Shown: in pieces, positions 38,219-47,977 of the stretch | How the letters are laid out: every line of letters begins with the position of its first letter | Position numbering within the stretch: the stretch's first letter is position 1 | Source: Puniceicoccaceae bacterium | GTDB taxonomy: Bacteria > Verrucomicrobiota > Verrucomicrobiia > Opitutales > Oceanipulchritudinaceae | Assembly (NCBI GenBank): GCA_040830765.1 | Contig: JBFOMH010000021.1 | Location: 64,001 to 128,000, forward strand | Direction: 5' to 3' | DNA length: 64,000 nt | Position numbers and translations under genes: made by a program | Notes under the pieces: generated by a model | Database searches by the model: none | What the model saw: only the letters and a program-made list of their open reading frames with translations | What the model was told of the DNA's origin: nothing

Positions 38219-38779
38219 ATGGATGATTCATCGACACCGGTCCAGAGCCTGGCGGGCTGCCTCCTTGGGGCTCATCCCAGCCTCTTGGACCCGAATTTCA
38301 ACCAGACCGTCGTCCTCGTCTCTGCCCACAAGCAGGAGGAGGGTGCCCTGGGTGTCATCATCAACCGGCCGACCGGGCAGTCGCTGGGATCGCTGAAGAA
38401 GGAACTGGATACGCCCCTGTTGCGGAATCTCCCGGTGTATGAAGGCGGACCGGTTGCCAATGGCGAGATTCTCCTGGCGGCTTGGAAGTGGAACCTGCAG
38501 GAGCAGAACTTTCGTCTCTTTTTTGGTCTTGAACCGGAGAAATTACAGGAGCTCATTGACGCGGACCCGACGATGGAGGCAAGGGCGTTCATGGGGTACT
38601 CCGGCTGGAGTGCGGGCCAGTTGGAAAAGGAAATAAGCCGCTCTGACTGGGCTGTCGGGTCATTCGTGCAACCACTGGGCAAACTGCCGCCCCAATCGCT
38701 CTGGCGAGGCATGCTTGATGCCGTGCGACCGGAGTGGGGAATTCTGGCTGATTTTCCGGACGACCCATCGGTCAATTAA
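38219..38779 (+). CDS. YqgE/AlgH family protein
   Basis: DPNFNQTVVL, GALGVIINRP, GGPV, FMGYSGWSAGQLE, PDDPSVN. Confidence 0.9.
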   Translation: MDDSSTPVQSLAGCLLGAHPSLLDPNFNQTVVLVSAHKQEEGALGVIINRPTGQSLGSLKKELDTPLLRNLPVYEGGPVANGEILLAAWKWNLQEQNFRLFFGLEPEKLQELIDADPTMEARAFMGYSGWSAGQLEKEISRSDWAVGSFVQPLGKLPPQSLWRGMLDAVRPEWGILADFPDDPSVN

Positions 38780-38889
38780 TTCGTCCAGACTGGTTAAAAT
38801 TTTGTCTAAAGCCGGGAATAATCCCCCGTTCCTTGACTCCTAGGAGTATATCGGGGACCTTTGCCCTGCTTAACTTGAAAGACAATATT

Positions 38890-39339
38890 ATGAAAAAAGT
38901 ATCCTTTATCGCTGTATTGACCGGCCTCCTTTTCGGGGCGCTTTCCGCCCATGCGGGCAAGGATGGCTGGCTGACGAATTTTGACGATGCACTCGCCAAG
39001 GCCAAGGCTGAGGGCAAACATGTCCTCGTCGAATTTCATGGTTCCGACTGGTGCCCTCCGTGCATCAAGCTGAACAATGAAGTCCTGACCCAGGATGCCT
39101 TCAAGGCGCTGGCGGAGTCATCGCTGGTCCTTGTCGATGCGGATTTTCCGCGTAAGACCAAACTTCCCGAGGATCAGGTGGCCCACAACGATGCCCTGGC
39201 CCAAAAGTTTGGCGTTCGCTATTTTCCCACTGTTCTCATCATTGATGGGGACGGGAAGGTCCAAGACAAGATTGTTGGCTTTCCGGAAGGGGGTCTTGAA
39301 GGCTTCGTGAAGTTTATCAAGACGTCGACGGATTCCTAA
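38890..39339 (+). CDS. Exported thioredoxin-fold protein (DsbH-like)
   Basis: Signal peptide; FHGSDWCPPC, DFPR, FGVRYFPT. Confidence 0.85.
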   Translation: MKKVSFIAVLTGLLFGALSAHAGKDGWLTNFDDALAKAKAEGKHVLVEFHGSDWCPPCIKLNNEVLTQDAFKALAESSLVLVDADFPRKTKLPEDQVAHNDALAQKFGVRYFPTVLIIDGDGKVQDKIVGFPEGGLEGFVKFIKTSTDS

Positions 39340-39362
39340 GGATTAGAGATTTCCCTCCTCAC

Positions 39363-39399
39363 AAAGCCGGTGACCCTCGGGTCCCGGCTTTTTCTTTTG
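39363..39399 (+). terminator. Rho-independent terminator
   Basis: AAAGCCGG-T-GACCC-TC-GGGTC-CCGGCTTT hairpin followed by TTTTTCTTTT. Confidence 0.75.
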
Positions 39400-39447
39400 T
39401 AAACCCGGCATGTTCCTTGCTAGAAAAAGAGACTTTCATATTTCAGC

Positions 39448-40719
39448 ATGGGTAAGAAGTTCGGGTTTATATCTACACGCTTTGCCGGCACCGACGGGGT
39501 ATCCCTGGAAAGTGCCAAATGGGCCAAGGTGCTCTGGGAGGACCGCCATGAGAGTTTCTGGTATTGCGGCCTCAGCGACCGCGACCCGGGGGCAACGCTT
39601 TGTATTCCTGAAGCCCACTTTGGACACCCGGAGGTGCAATGGCTGAATGAACGTATCTGGGGGCGGCGAACCCGTGAACCACTTGTTTCGAGGCGCATCC
39701 GGGACATGGCGGACTATTTGAAGAGCACTCTCTACCAGTTTGTCGATCGGTTCCAGATTGATGTCCTGATTCCCGAGAATGCCCTGACCATCCCGATGCA
39801 CCTCCCGTTGGCGGTGGCGATAACGGACTTCATGCTGGAAACAGGCATCCCGGCCATTGCCCACCACCACGACTTCTACTGGGAGCGGGTGCGATTCTCC
39901 ATCAACGCCGTGCCGGACTACCTCGACAAGGCATTCCCGCCCCGTCTGCCCAATATGGCGCACACGGTCATCAACGCGGCCGCCCAGGAGCAGCTCTCCC
40001 TGCGCAAGGGAGTGGGGAGCCTCCTGATCCCGAATGTCTTTGACTTCGACCGGGCGCCTCCTCCACCGGATGACTACGCCGCCAATGTCCGCGCCGACAT
40101 TGGACTGGAGGAGGATGACATCTTTATTCTCCAGCCGACCCGGATTGTTCCCCGCAAAGGGATTGAACATGCGGTCAAGCTGGTCAGCATGCTGGACAAT
40201 CCCCGGTGCAAGCTGGTCATCTCCCACGATGCGGGTGATGAAGGCTACGAATACAAGCACATGATAGAGGAATTGGCACGGGAGGAGAATGTGGATATCC
40301 GGTTTATCGGAGACCGCGTTTCGGAAGTCCGCCAGTATGATGCGGACGGACGCAAGCTCTATACCTTGTGGGACCTCTATCCGTTTGCGGACCTGGTAAC
40401 CTACCCGAGTACCTATGAGGGTTTCGGCAACGCCCTCCTGGAGGCCATCTATTTCAAGAAGCCGGTTGTCATCAACCGCTACGACATCTTCGTGGAGGAT
40501 ATCGAGCCCAAGGGATTCGACCTTGCCGTGATCAATGGTTTCATGACCCGCGATGTGGCCAAAAAGGTCCAGCGCCTCCTCTCAGAACCGGAGTACCGCG
40601 AACGCGTGATGGAGCACAACTACAAACTGGCCCGCCGTTACTACAGTCACACTACCCTGCGCCGGCACCTGCGCATGGTCATCAACTCCCTGACCGGCTG
40701 GAGTCCCTCAAGCCGTTGA
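39448..40719 (+). CDS. Glycosyltransferase family 4, mannosylglucosylglycerate synthase (MggS)-like
   Basis: GFISTRFAGTDGVSLE, HHHDFYWER, QPTRIVPRKGIE, YPSTYEGFGNALLEA (GT-B E-x7-E). Confidence 0.8.
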   Translation: MGKKFGFISTRFAGTDGVSLESAKWAKVLWEDRHESFWYCGLSDRDPGATLCIPEAHFGHPEVQWLNERIWGRRTREPLVSRRIRDMADYLKSTLYQFVDRFQIDVLIPENALTIPMHLPLAVAITDFMLETGIPAIAHHHDFYWERVRFSINAVPDYLDKAFPPRLPNMAHTVINAAAQEQLSLRKGVGSLLIPNVFDFDRAPPPPDDYAANVRADIGLEEDDIFILQPTRIVPRKGIEHAVKLVSMLDNPRCKLVISHDAGDEGYEYKHMIEELAREENVDIRFIGDRVSEVRQYDADGRKLYTLWDLYPFADLVTYPSTYEGFGNALLEAIYFKKPVVINRYDIFVEDIEPKGFDLAVINGFMTRDVAKKVQRLLSEPEYRERVMEHNYKLARRYYSHTTLRRHLRMVINSLTGWSPSSR

Positions 40720-40725
40720 TTACCG

Positions 40726-42477
40726 ATGCTCTCTCGACTTCAAAAACAGCAGTTACAGAAGCGCCTGGGGCGCCTTTACGGTGACCAGGCCATCGAGCTG
40801 GTGGCCCGCTTCGAGGCCATGATTGGCCGTTATGGTGTCGGACTTGAGTACCCGCCTCCGGGCGACCTGTGGGACCACCGGACGACGGTCCTCATCACCT
40901 ACGCTGACACTATCCGGGACGGTGAAACGAAGCCGTTGCGGGCCCTGCATACATTCCTCACCGACCATCTCAAGGGGGTCTTTTCAACAGTCCACCTGTT
41001 GCCGTTTTTTCCTTGGAGCTCGGATGATGGCTTTTCAGTCATTGACTTTCGGAAGGTCCACCCGGAATACGGCAAGTGGGAGGATGTCGAGGCTGTCGGT
41101 GAGGACTTCGAGCTCATGTTCGATCTCGTCCTGAATCATTGTTCGCGCAAAAGCCAATGGTTCCGGGACTTCGTGACCGGGATAGCCCCCGCCCGCTGGT
41201 ACTTCCTTCCCATGGATCCGAAGACCGATCTCTCATCGGTGGTTCGCCCTCGTCCCTGGCCGTTGCTGACCAAGACGTCAACCCGGGATGGGCCGGTTCA
41301 TGTCTGGACAACCTTCAGTGAGGATCAGATGGACCTCAACTGGCAGAATCCGGACGTCCTTTTCGAGTTTCTCGATATTTTATTCCTCTACTTGTCCAAG
41401 GGCTGTCGCATCTTCCGCCTGGACGCTGTCGCGTTCCTCTGGAAACAGGTCGGGACGACCTGCCTGCACCTGCCGGAGACCCATGAAATCGTAAAGCTCT
41501 TCCGTGATGTATTGTCCTGGGTCGATCCGCGAACCATCCTCCTGACAGAGACCAATGTCCCGCATGAGGAGAATATTTCCTATTTCGGGGAATGTGATGA
41601 AGCCCACATGGTCTACAATTTCAGTCTTCCCCCACTCATTCTTCATGGGTTGCTCAAGGGCAGTTCGGCCTTGCTTGCTGAGTGGGCCCGCTCCTTGCCC
41701 GAGTTGTCACCGGAACAGTCCTTCTTTAATTTCACGGCCTCCCATGACGGCATCGGGGTGCGGCCGTTGCAGGGCCTGGTCCCGCAAGAGGAACTGGATT
41801 GGATTATCACGGAGGTTGAATCCCGGGGTGGGCGGGTTTCCATGAAAGCCAATCCCGATGGAACCCAGAGCCCTTATGAGCTGAATATCACGTATCGTGA
41901 TGTGCTTTCGGTGAACGGTGACATGGACCTGAGCCTTGCCCGGTTTCTTCTTTCCCAAGCGATTGTCCTGGCATTCAAGGGAGTGCCAGCGATTTATATC
42001 CACAGCCTGCTGGGTACCCCAAACGATCAGGAGGGAGTCGCCGCGACTGGCCAGAACCGCTCCATCAATCGGAAAAAGTGGGAACGTGGGGATTTGCAGC
42101 AGCAACTTGATGATCCCGACTCAGGCCAGGCCCGGATTTTCCATAAATTATCGGACTGGATCCGCATCCGCAACCAGCATCCTGCATTCCACCCGGGGGC
42201 AGCGATGGAAGTCCTCGACTTTGGAAAGGGCATCTTCGGGTTTATCCGGACCTCCCGTACTGGAGTGGAAAAAATTCTCTGCCTTTACAACATGACGGAC
42301 AAGCAACAGTCCATCAGTTGGGCTGATTGTTTCCCCGGGGTACGGCAAAAGACGGAAGTCCGGGAACTCCTCGGTCGACAATCCCTCAAGGCAAAGCGGG
42401 GGAAGCTGGTCCTCAAGCCTTGTTTCGCCTACTGGTTGATGATCCGGGGCGGGCGAAAGCAGTCCGTCAAGGGATGA
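40726..42477 (+). CDS. GH13_18 sugar phosphorylase, probable glucosylglycerate phosphorylase
   Basis: LITYAD, SSDDGF, WTTFSEDQMDLN; catalytic FRLDAV, LTETNVP, ASHDGIG; PYELN loop rather than the EIH/YQ of sucrose phosphorylases. Confidence 0.82.
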   Translation: MLSRLQKQQLQKRLGRLYGDQAIELVARFEAMIGRYGVGLEYPPPGDLWDHRTTVLITYADTIRDGETKPLRALHTFLTDHLKGVFSTVHLLPFFPWSSDDGFSVIDFRKVHPEYGKWEDVEAVGEDFELMFDLVLNHCSRKSQWFRDFVTGIAPARWYFLPMDPKTDLSSVVRPRPWPLLTKTSTRDGPVHVWTTFSEDQMDLNWQNPDVLFEFLDILFLYLSKGCRIFRLDAVAFLWKQVGTTCLHLPETHEIVKLFRDVLSWVDPRTILLTETNVPHEENISYFGECDEAHMVYNFSLPPLILHGLLKGSSALLAEWARSLPELSPEQSFFNFTASHDGIGVRPLQGLVPQEELDWIITEVESRGGRVSMKANPDGTQSPYELNITYRDVLSVNGDMDLSLARFLLSQAIVLAFKGVPAIYIHSLLGTPNDQEGVAATGQNRSINRKKWERGDLQQQLDDPDSGQARIFHKLSDWIRIRNQHPAFHPGAAMEVLDFGKGIFGFIRTSRTGVEKILCLYNMTDKQQSISWADCFPGVRQKTEVRELLGRQSLKAKRGKLVLKPCFAYWLMIRGGRKQSVKG

Positions 42478-43024
42478 TGATAAGGTCGGCCCGGCGGTCC
42501 AGTTGCATCTGATCTTCCGAGCCTTCAGTAATCGCTTCGAGGTCGCCCTTGGAGTTTGTCTCCATGCGGTCGCCCGAAATACCGACCTGGCCCAGATAGG
42601 TGACAACACTGTTGGCCCGGCGGTCACCCAGTGCCATGTTGTATTCGGTCGTCCCGCGCCAGTCGCAATGGCCTTCCACCAGCAATTTGGCGGAGGTATT
42701 GCTGTTCAGGTAATCCGCAACCTCCTGCAAGGTTCCGCGATCGGCGGGACGGACGAAAGATTGGTCGAAGTCAAAGTATACGGGCGAGAAAAGGTTTTCC
42801 AGCCGTTCTCCTGACATGTCGTCGCGCATTCCCAAACCAAGGGATTCGGCGCGGGCAATATCCTCCGGGCTGATCCAGTCGGCTGAATCAGAGCCGGTTC
42901 CGGAACCGCGGACAGCGGTCATGGAAGGATCCGGTGTTTGGGGCCCGCGGCAACCGGAGACAAGGATGCCGGCGATTAGGCTGATTAGGACGAAAATGCG
43001 GATGGATTTGAGAGGATTGGCCAT
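42467..43024 (-). CDS. pal: OmpA-family peptidoglycan-associated lipoprotein (Pal-like)
   Basis: Lipobox LVSGC; VYFDFDQS, VEGHCDWRGTTEYNMALGDRRA, DRRA. Confidence 0.85.
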   Translation of the reverse strand: MANPLKSIRIFVLISLIAGILVSGCRGPQTPDPSMTAVRGSGTGSDSADWISPEDIARAESLGLGMRDDMSGERLENLFSPVYFDFDQSFVRPADRGTLQEVADYLNSNTSAKLLVEGHCDWRGTTEYNMALGDRRANSVVTYLGQVGISGDRMETNSKGDLEAITEGSEDQMQLDRRADLIIIP

Positions 43025-43091
43025 TTCTGTGAAAAGCATTTTCCCGAGTTCAAACAGAATCAAGGAAATTCGCGATGCAATGACGGTTAGA

Positions 43092-43763
43092 TTAGTTGGA
43101 GGGGGAGCTTTCTGGGCGAGTTGGGGGTTCGATGATACGGTGCTCGATGGCGAAACGGGTCAGGCTGGCGACATCGTGCAGGTCGAGCTTGCGCATCAGG
43201 TTGGTCCGGTGGTTTTCGGCTGTCTTGACACTGATGTTGAGAATGCCGGCGATTTCCTTGGTACTGTTGCTCTCGGCAATCAACTGGAGGATTTCCCGCT
43301 CGCGGGCAGTCAGGCGCTGGAGGGGAGGGACGCCACTGAAGGCGGGATTGAACATTGTCTGACGCAGGATTTCCGCCACTTCGGGGCTGAAGTAGGTGCC
43401 ACCAGTGGCGACAATTTCGAGGCCCTTCTGCAATTCGGTTAGGGGAGCTGTCTTGCCAATGAAGCCGTGGGCCCCGGCCTCCACCAATTCGCGAAGAAGG
43501 TGGGCGTCCTGGTAGCCAGAGAAAACCAGTACGTGGACATTTGGCAGGCTGCGGCGCAGGCGGCGGAGAATCTCCGTCCCGTTGAGCCCGGGAAGCATGA
43601 TATCGAGGATGATGAACTCCGGTTCGGTCTTAAGGCACTCTTCAAGGGCCTGGCGGCCGTCTCCCGACTCGGTGACAATTTCCCAGCCTTCCATGGTCCT
43701 GACGATTTGGGCGATCATGTCGCGGACGGCGGTGTGATCTTCAATAATGGCAACCTTCTTCAT
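43092..43763 (-). CDS. NarL/FixJ-family response regulator (REC + LuxR HTH)
   Basis: [34 protein letters not shown]...[16 protein letters not shown]. Confidence 0.92.
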   Translation of the reverse strand: MKKVAIIEDHTAVRDMIAQIVRTMEGWEIVTESGDGRQALEECLKTEPEFIILDIMLPGLNGTEILRRLRRSLPNVHVLVFSGYQDAHLLRELVEAGAHGFIGKTAPLTELQKGLEIVATGGTYFSPEVAEILRQTMFNPAFSGVPPLQRLTAREREILQLIAESNSTKEIAGILNISVKTAENHRTNLMRKLDLHDVASLTRFAIEHRIIEPPTRPESSPSN

Positions 43764-43765
43764 GA

Positions 43766-44851
<1,086 letters not shown>

Positions 44852-44870
44852 GCCAACCTTCCGCGTCTAC

Positions 44871-46067
44871 ATGAACAAATCCATCTTAATAGTCGATGAT
44901 GACCAGGATTTCAGCGATCTCCTGAAAGGCATCTTCCAGCAGGCCAACTACACGGTCCACACAGCATTCAGTGCCGAACAGGGCTTTGAGTTGTTGAAAA
45001 CCGAGCATATTGAGCTGGTCGTCACCGACCACCGTTTGCCCGGAGGCATTACCGGGACCGAGTTTCTCGCCAAACTGCGGGAAATAGGGGTCAACCTGCC
45101 GGTCATCGTAGTATCCGGATTCCTCAACGATGAGGCTATCCGGGAACTGATTCGGGACGGCGTCGCCGGCATCTTTATCAAGCCGCTGAATATATTCTCC
45201 CTTTTGAAAAAAGCCTCATCGGTGCTTGAAGAGGAGGAGAAAGGTAAGGGGTTCTCCAGCAATGGACAGGAGGATGCCGATGTCAAAGTGGAGGTGGGCC
45301 AGGTAGAGGGTCTTTCCGAAACCGGCAAATCCTTCCTCCAGAGGGCACGGAACGCCTCAGCCTTCAAGCGGAACCTGCTTCTCATCGGGCCCCAAGGGAC
45401 CCTTTTCGAGGAAATCGCCAGGGACATCGCAAATATGGCCGCCGAGGAGCAACGGATTGTCACCCTGACTCCCGGCGGTGTCCACAAGGACCGGCTGGAA
45501 GCCCTCTTTTCAGGTGAATCCGGCGAGCAACCGGTGACCCTGGTCCTGACCAACGCGGAAAAGTACTCGCTCGAGGAAGTGGATACCCTAGTCGAGCTCG
45601 GGGACGAACGGGGCGGATCAGAAAGCAGCCTGCGGATGATATTTTGTCTCAGCCAGTCCGTTGAGGACCTTTATGACAATGAATTGATTGACGAGGAGTT
45701 CTATCTCTTCCTCGGCACCAATGAACTGAATGTGCCGGAGCTGAAGAAGATGCCGGAAGACCTCTTGGCGATTGCCAAGAAGGAAATAGAAAAGCAGTCA
45801 CCTGAGACGGTCTTCGACATGAAGCTGCGTTCCATCCTGCTGGCCCATGACTGGCCGGAGAACATGGTCGAACTGCGATCGGTCATCGTCCGGGCCGTCA
45901 CCTTGGCCCAACCGATGGCTCCCCAGGTCCGTCACTTTGCGGCAGCCCTCAATCCTGCCAGTGAAGGGGATCCGTCCCTCAACGATGCCCGATCCACCTT
46001 TGAACGTTTCCTCATTCAGGAAAAGAGCCGTTACGAGACCGCTCTTGATTTGGCCTGCCAATCCTAA
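44871..46067 (+). CDS. Response regulator: intact REC domain + degenerate sigma54-activator-like AAA+ domain
   Basis: REC with IVDDD, TDHRLP, VSG, IKP; then LLIGPQGTLFE (Walker A lacking Lys), LVLTNAE (Walker B lost), HDWPENMVEL (cf. WPGNVREL); no GAFTGA. Confidence 0.75.
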   Translation: MNKSILIVDDDQDFSDLLKGIFQQANYTVHTAFSAEQGFELLKTEHIELVVTDHRLPGGITGTEFLAKLREIGVNLPVIVVSGFLNDEAIRELIRDGVAGIFIKPLNIFSLLKKASSVLEEEEKGKGFSSNGQEDADVKVEVGQVEGLSETGKSFLQRARNASAFKRNLLLIGPQGTLFEEIARDIANMAAEEQRIVTLTPGGVHKDRLEALFSGESGEQPVTLVLTNAEKYSLEEVDTLVELGDERGGSESSLRMIFCLSQSVEDLYDNELIDEEFYLFLGTNELNVPELKKMPEDLLAIAKKEIEKQSPETVFDMKLRSILLAHDWPENMVELRSVIVRAVTLAQPMAPQVRHFAAALNPASEGDPSLNDARSTFERFLIQEKSRYETALDLACQS

Positions 46068-46088
46068 CCAGCGAACCCACTTCAGACA

Positions 46089-47435
46089 ATGTCCAAGCCC
46101 ATTATATTAATCGACGACGAGGAGAAATTCGCCGTCATGCTGCAGGAACTACTCAAGGCAGCCGGCTACGAGTCAGACTTTTGTCTCAATCCTGAAGAAG
46201 CCCTCGAGCGGGTGAAGGAAGAGAACTACGAACTGATCATTACGGACTACAAGATGCCGCAGATGGACGGGGCACAGTTCCTTGAGGAGGCTCGCAAGGT
46301 CAATCCTGACCTGCCCGTGATCATGATTTCCGGCCTCATGAACATGCCGGAGTTGATCCGGGTGGCCAATATCGGGGTAACACTTGTCCTCGAGAAACCC
46401 TTCAACACGGACGACCTCTTGAAGTACGTGGGTCGTTTTGTCCATCCATCCGCCAGTGAGGAAGTGAGCGCCATGGCCATGGACATGGAAGCCTCGGAAA
46501 TCAGTTTCCAGCAGGACAGTATCGAGGTCACGTACCCTTCGCCGGCGAATTTTCTTTCTGATTCCAGCAACGAGAACAAGCGCTTCCTGGAAACTCTCTG
46601 GAACTCGGCCAATGCCTACCGCCACGTGCCCTTTTATGCCCAGGTGGGTGCTGAAGTTCGGCAAGTGGCCATGGAAGTCATGGCTTGGACCAACAGCTCC
46701 GCTGAAGGCGAGGTGGTCCGTATCATGTTGTCTGACACGGACGCCGAGATCACCCAAAACTGGCTCCTTGAGGCCGATCAGGTTCCCGGTGCCCTATTGG
46801 TTGACCTCCGGGATTGCGAGTGGGATGACGAAACGCGCAAGAAGCTGGTCGACTGGGTCAAGTTTGTTGAAACCAGTGGCAAGGACCTTTCGATGTCCCG
46901 CCTGCTCTACATTCTGCCGACAGGGGCCCGCTTTGATATAGATCAGTTGGAGCTTCAGGATGAGTTCAAGCTCCTCTTTGCCCCGGATTGTCCGATTCTT
47001 CTTTCTCTGCGCGAACGGGTTCTTGATACGGCAACCTACATCTCCAGGGGGCTTGAAAAGAGTCATAAGGATTCCCTCGGGAAGGATGGCCTGGCCCGCC
47101 TGTTGCATTACCCGTGGCCCGGTGGCTACGTTGAGCTACTGGAGCGTCTGAATGCCATTAAGAAAAAGCTGGATGGCGGGGAGCAACTGGACGACGGGGG
47201 ACTCAAGAAGCTGCTTGCCGAGCGAAGCGGTGACGAGTCGCTGATGGAAGGTGAATTGGATGTCGTCGCCTACCTGAAGAGGCGGCAAAAGGAGTATATC
47301 CTGTTGCATCGTGAAGCTGGAGAGGATTTGAAGGATACAGTATTGCGCCTCGGAATTGATTCGGATTCCGTCAGCGTGGAGGATGTTCTCCAGAACAAGC
47401 AATTGGCCTTCCCGGAGGTCGTTATGGAATCCTAA
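46089..47435 (+). CDS. Response regulator: intact REC domain + highly degenerate sigma54-activator-like AAA+ domain
   Basis: REC with LIDDE, TDYKMP, ISG, EKP; remnants LSLRER and HYPWPGGYVEL; no Walker A or GAFTGA. Confidence 0.75.
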   Translation: MSKPIILIDDEEKFAVMLQELLKAAGYESDFCLNPEEALERVKEENYELIITDYKMPQMDGAQFLEEARKVNPDLPVIMISGLMNMPELIRVANIGVTLVLEKPFNTDDLLKYVGRFVHPSASEEVSAMAMDMEASEISFQQDSIEVTYPSPANFLSDSSNENKRFLETLWNSANAYRHVPFYAQVGAEVRQVAMEVMAWTNSSAEGEVVRIMLSDTDAEITQNWLLEADQVPGALLVDLRDCEWDDETRKKLVDWVKFVETSGKDLSMSRLLYILPTGARFDIDQLELQDEFKLLFAPDCPILLSLRERVLDTATYISRGLEKSHKDSLGKDGLARLLHYPWPGGYVELLERLNAIKKKLDGGEQLDDGGLKKLLAERSGDESLMEGELDVVAYLKRRQKEYILLHREAGEDLKDTVLRLGIDSDSVSVEDVLQNKQLAFPEVVMES

Positions 47436-47447
47436 GGGAGAAAAACC

Positions 47448-47975
47448 ATGGAACGGAAAACCAGCAGTTTGCTCATCAAGTCCAATCGCGTTTTGGGGAC
47501 ACGTCTCGTCGAGGCGGACCTGGTCAACGTCGAGGAGATGGACCGGGCCAATGAGTCGTTTATCGAGATGGCGCGGGCCAAGGACATCAAGCGGGCCAGT
47601 CTTTTGCGGGTCCTGGTCTACGACATGCAAAGCCTCAGGGAGGAGAGCCTTCTCGACTACCAGTTGGAGAATTACCCGGTGGGTGCCGTGATGCTGGAGA
47701 ATTATCACATCAACGAGGAGCTGCTGGAGCAGGAATCACTTGAGTTGATGCGGGCCTCATGGACCTTGCCGATTGATCGGGTCAACGGACGTTGGTTTCT
47801 CGCCACGGCCTATTACATGAGTGACATCGTGCGGGAGTTCTGGGAGGAACGACTGGAAGGTCGCATCAGCTGGTACGTCAGTTCCCTCAGTCAATTGGAG
47901 GCTATTTTCGAGTCCGAGGCGGAGAAAGAAGCAGCAGCCGCTATCGAAGCTGAACCCGTAGAAAGCAAGGCGTAA
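47448..47975 (+). CDS. Stand-alone PilB/GspE N-terminal domain (MshEN/GSPII_E_N-like) protein
   Basis: [13 protein letters not shown]...M..A resembles the MshEN repeat; [11 protein letters not shown]...WTLPID...FLATA resembles the N1 domain; directly upstream of the ATPase. Confidence 0.55.
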   Translation: MERKTSSLLIKSNRVLGTRLVEADLVNVEEMDRANESFIEMARAKDIKRASLLRVLVYDMQSLREESLLDYQLENYPVGAVMLENYHINEELLEQESLELMRASWTLPIDRVNGRWFLATAYYMSDIVREFWEERLEGRISWYVSSLSQLEAIFESEAEKEAAAAIEAEPVESKA

Positions 47976-47977
47976 AG

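Noticed and set aside
44871..47435. Calling the two regulators functional sigma54 activators or pseudogenes
   Set aside because: Walker and GAFTGA motifs are absent, yet both frames are full-length with intact receiver domains.
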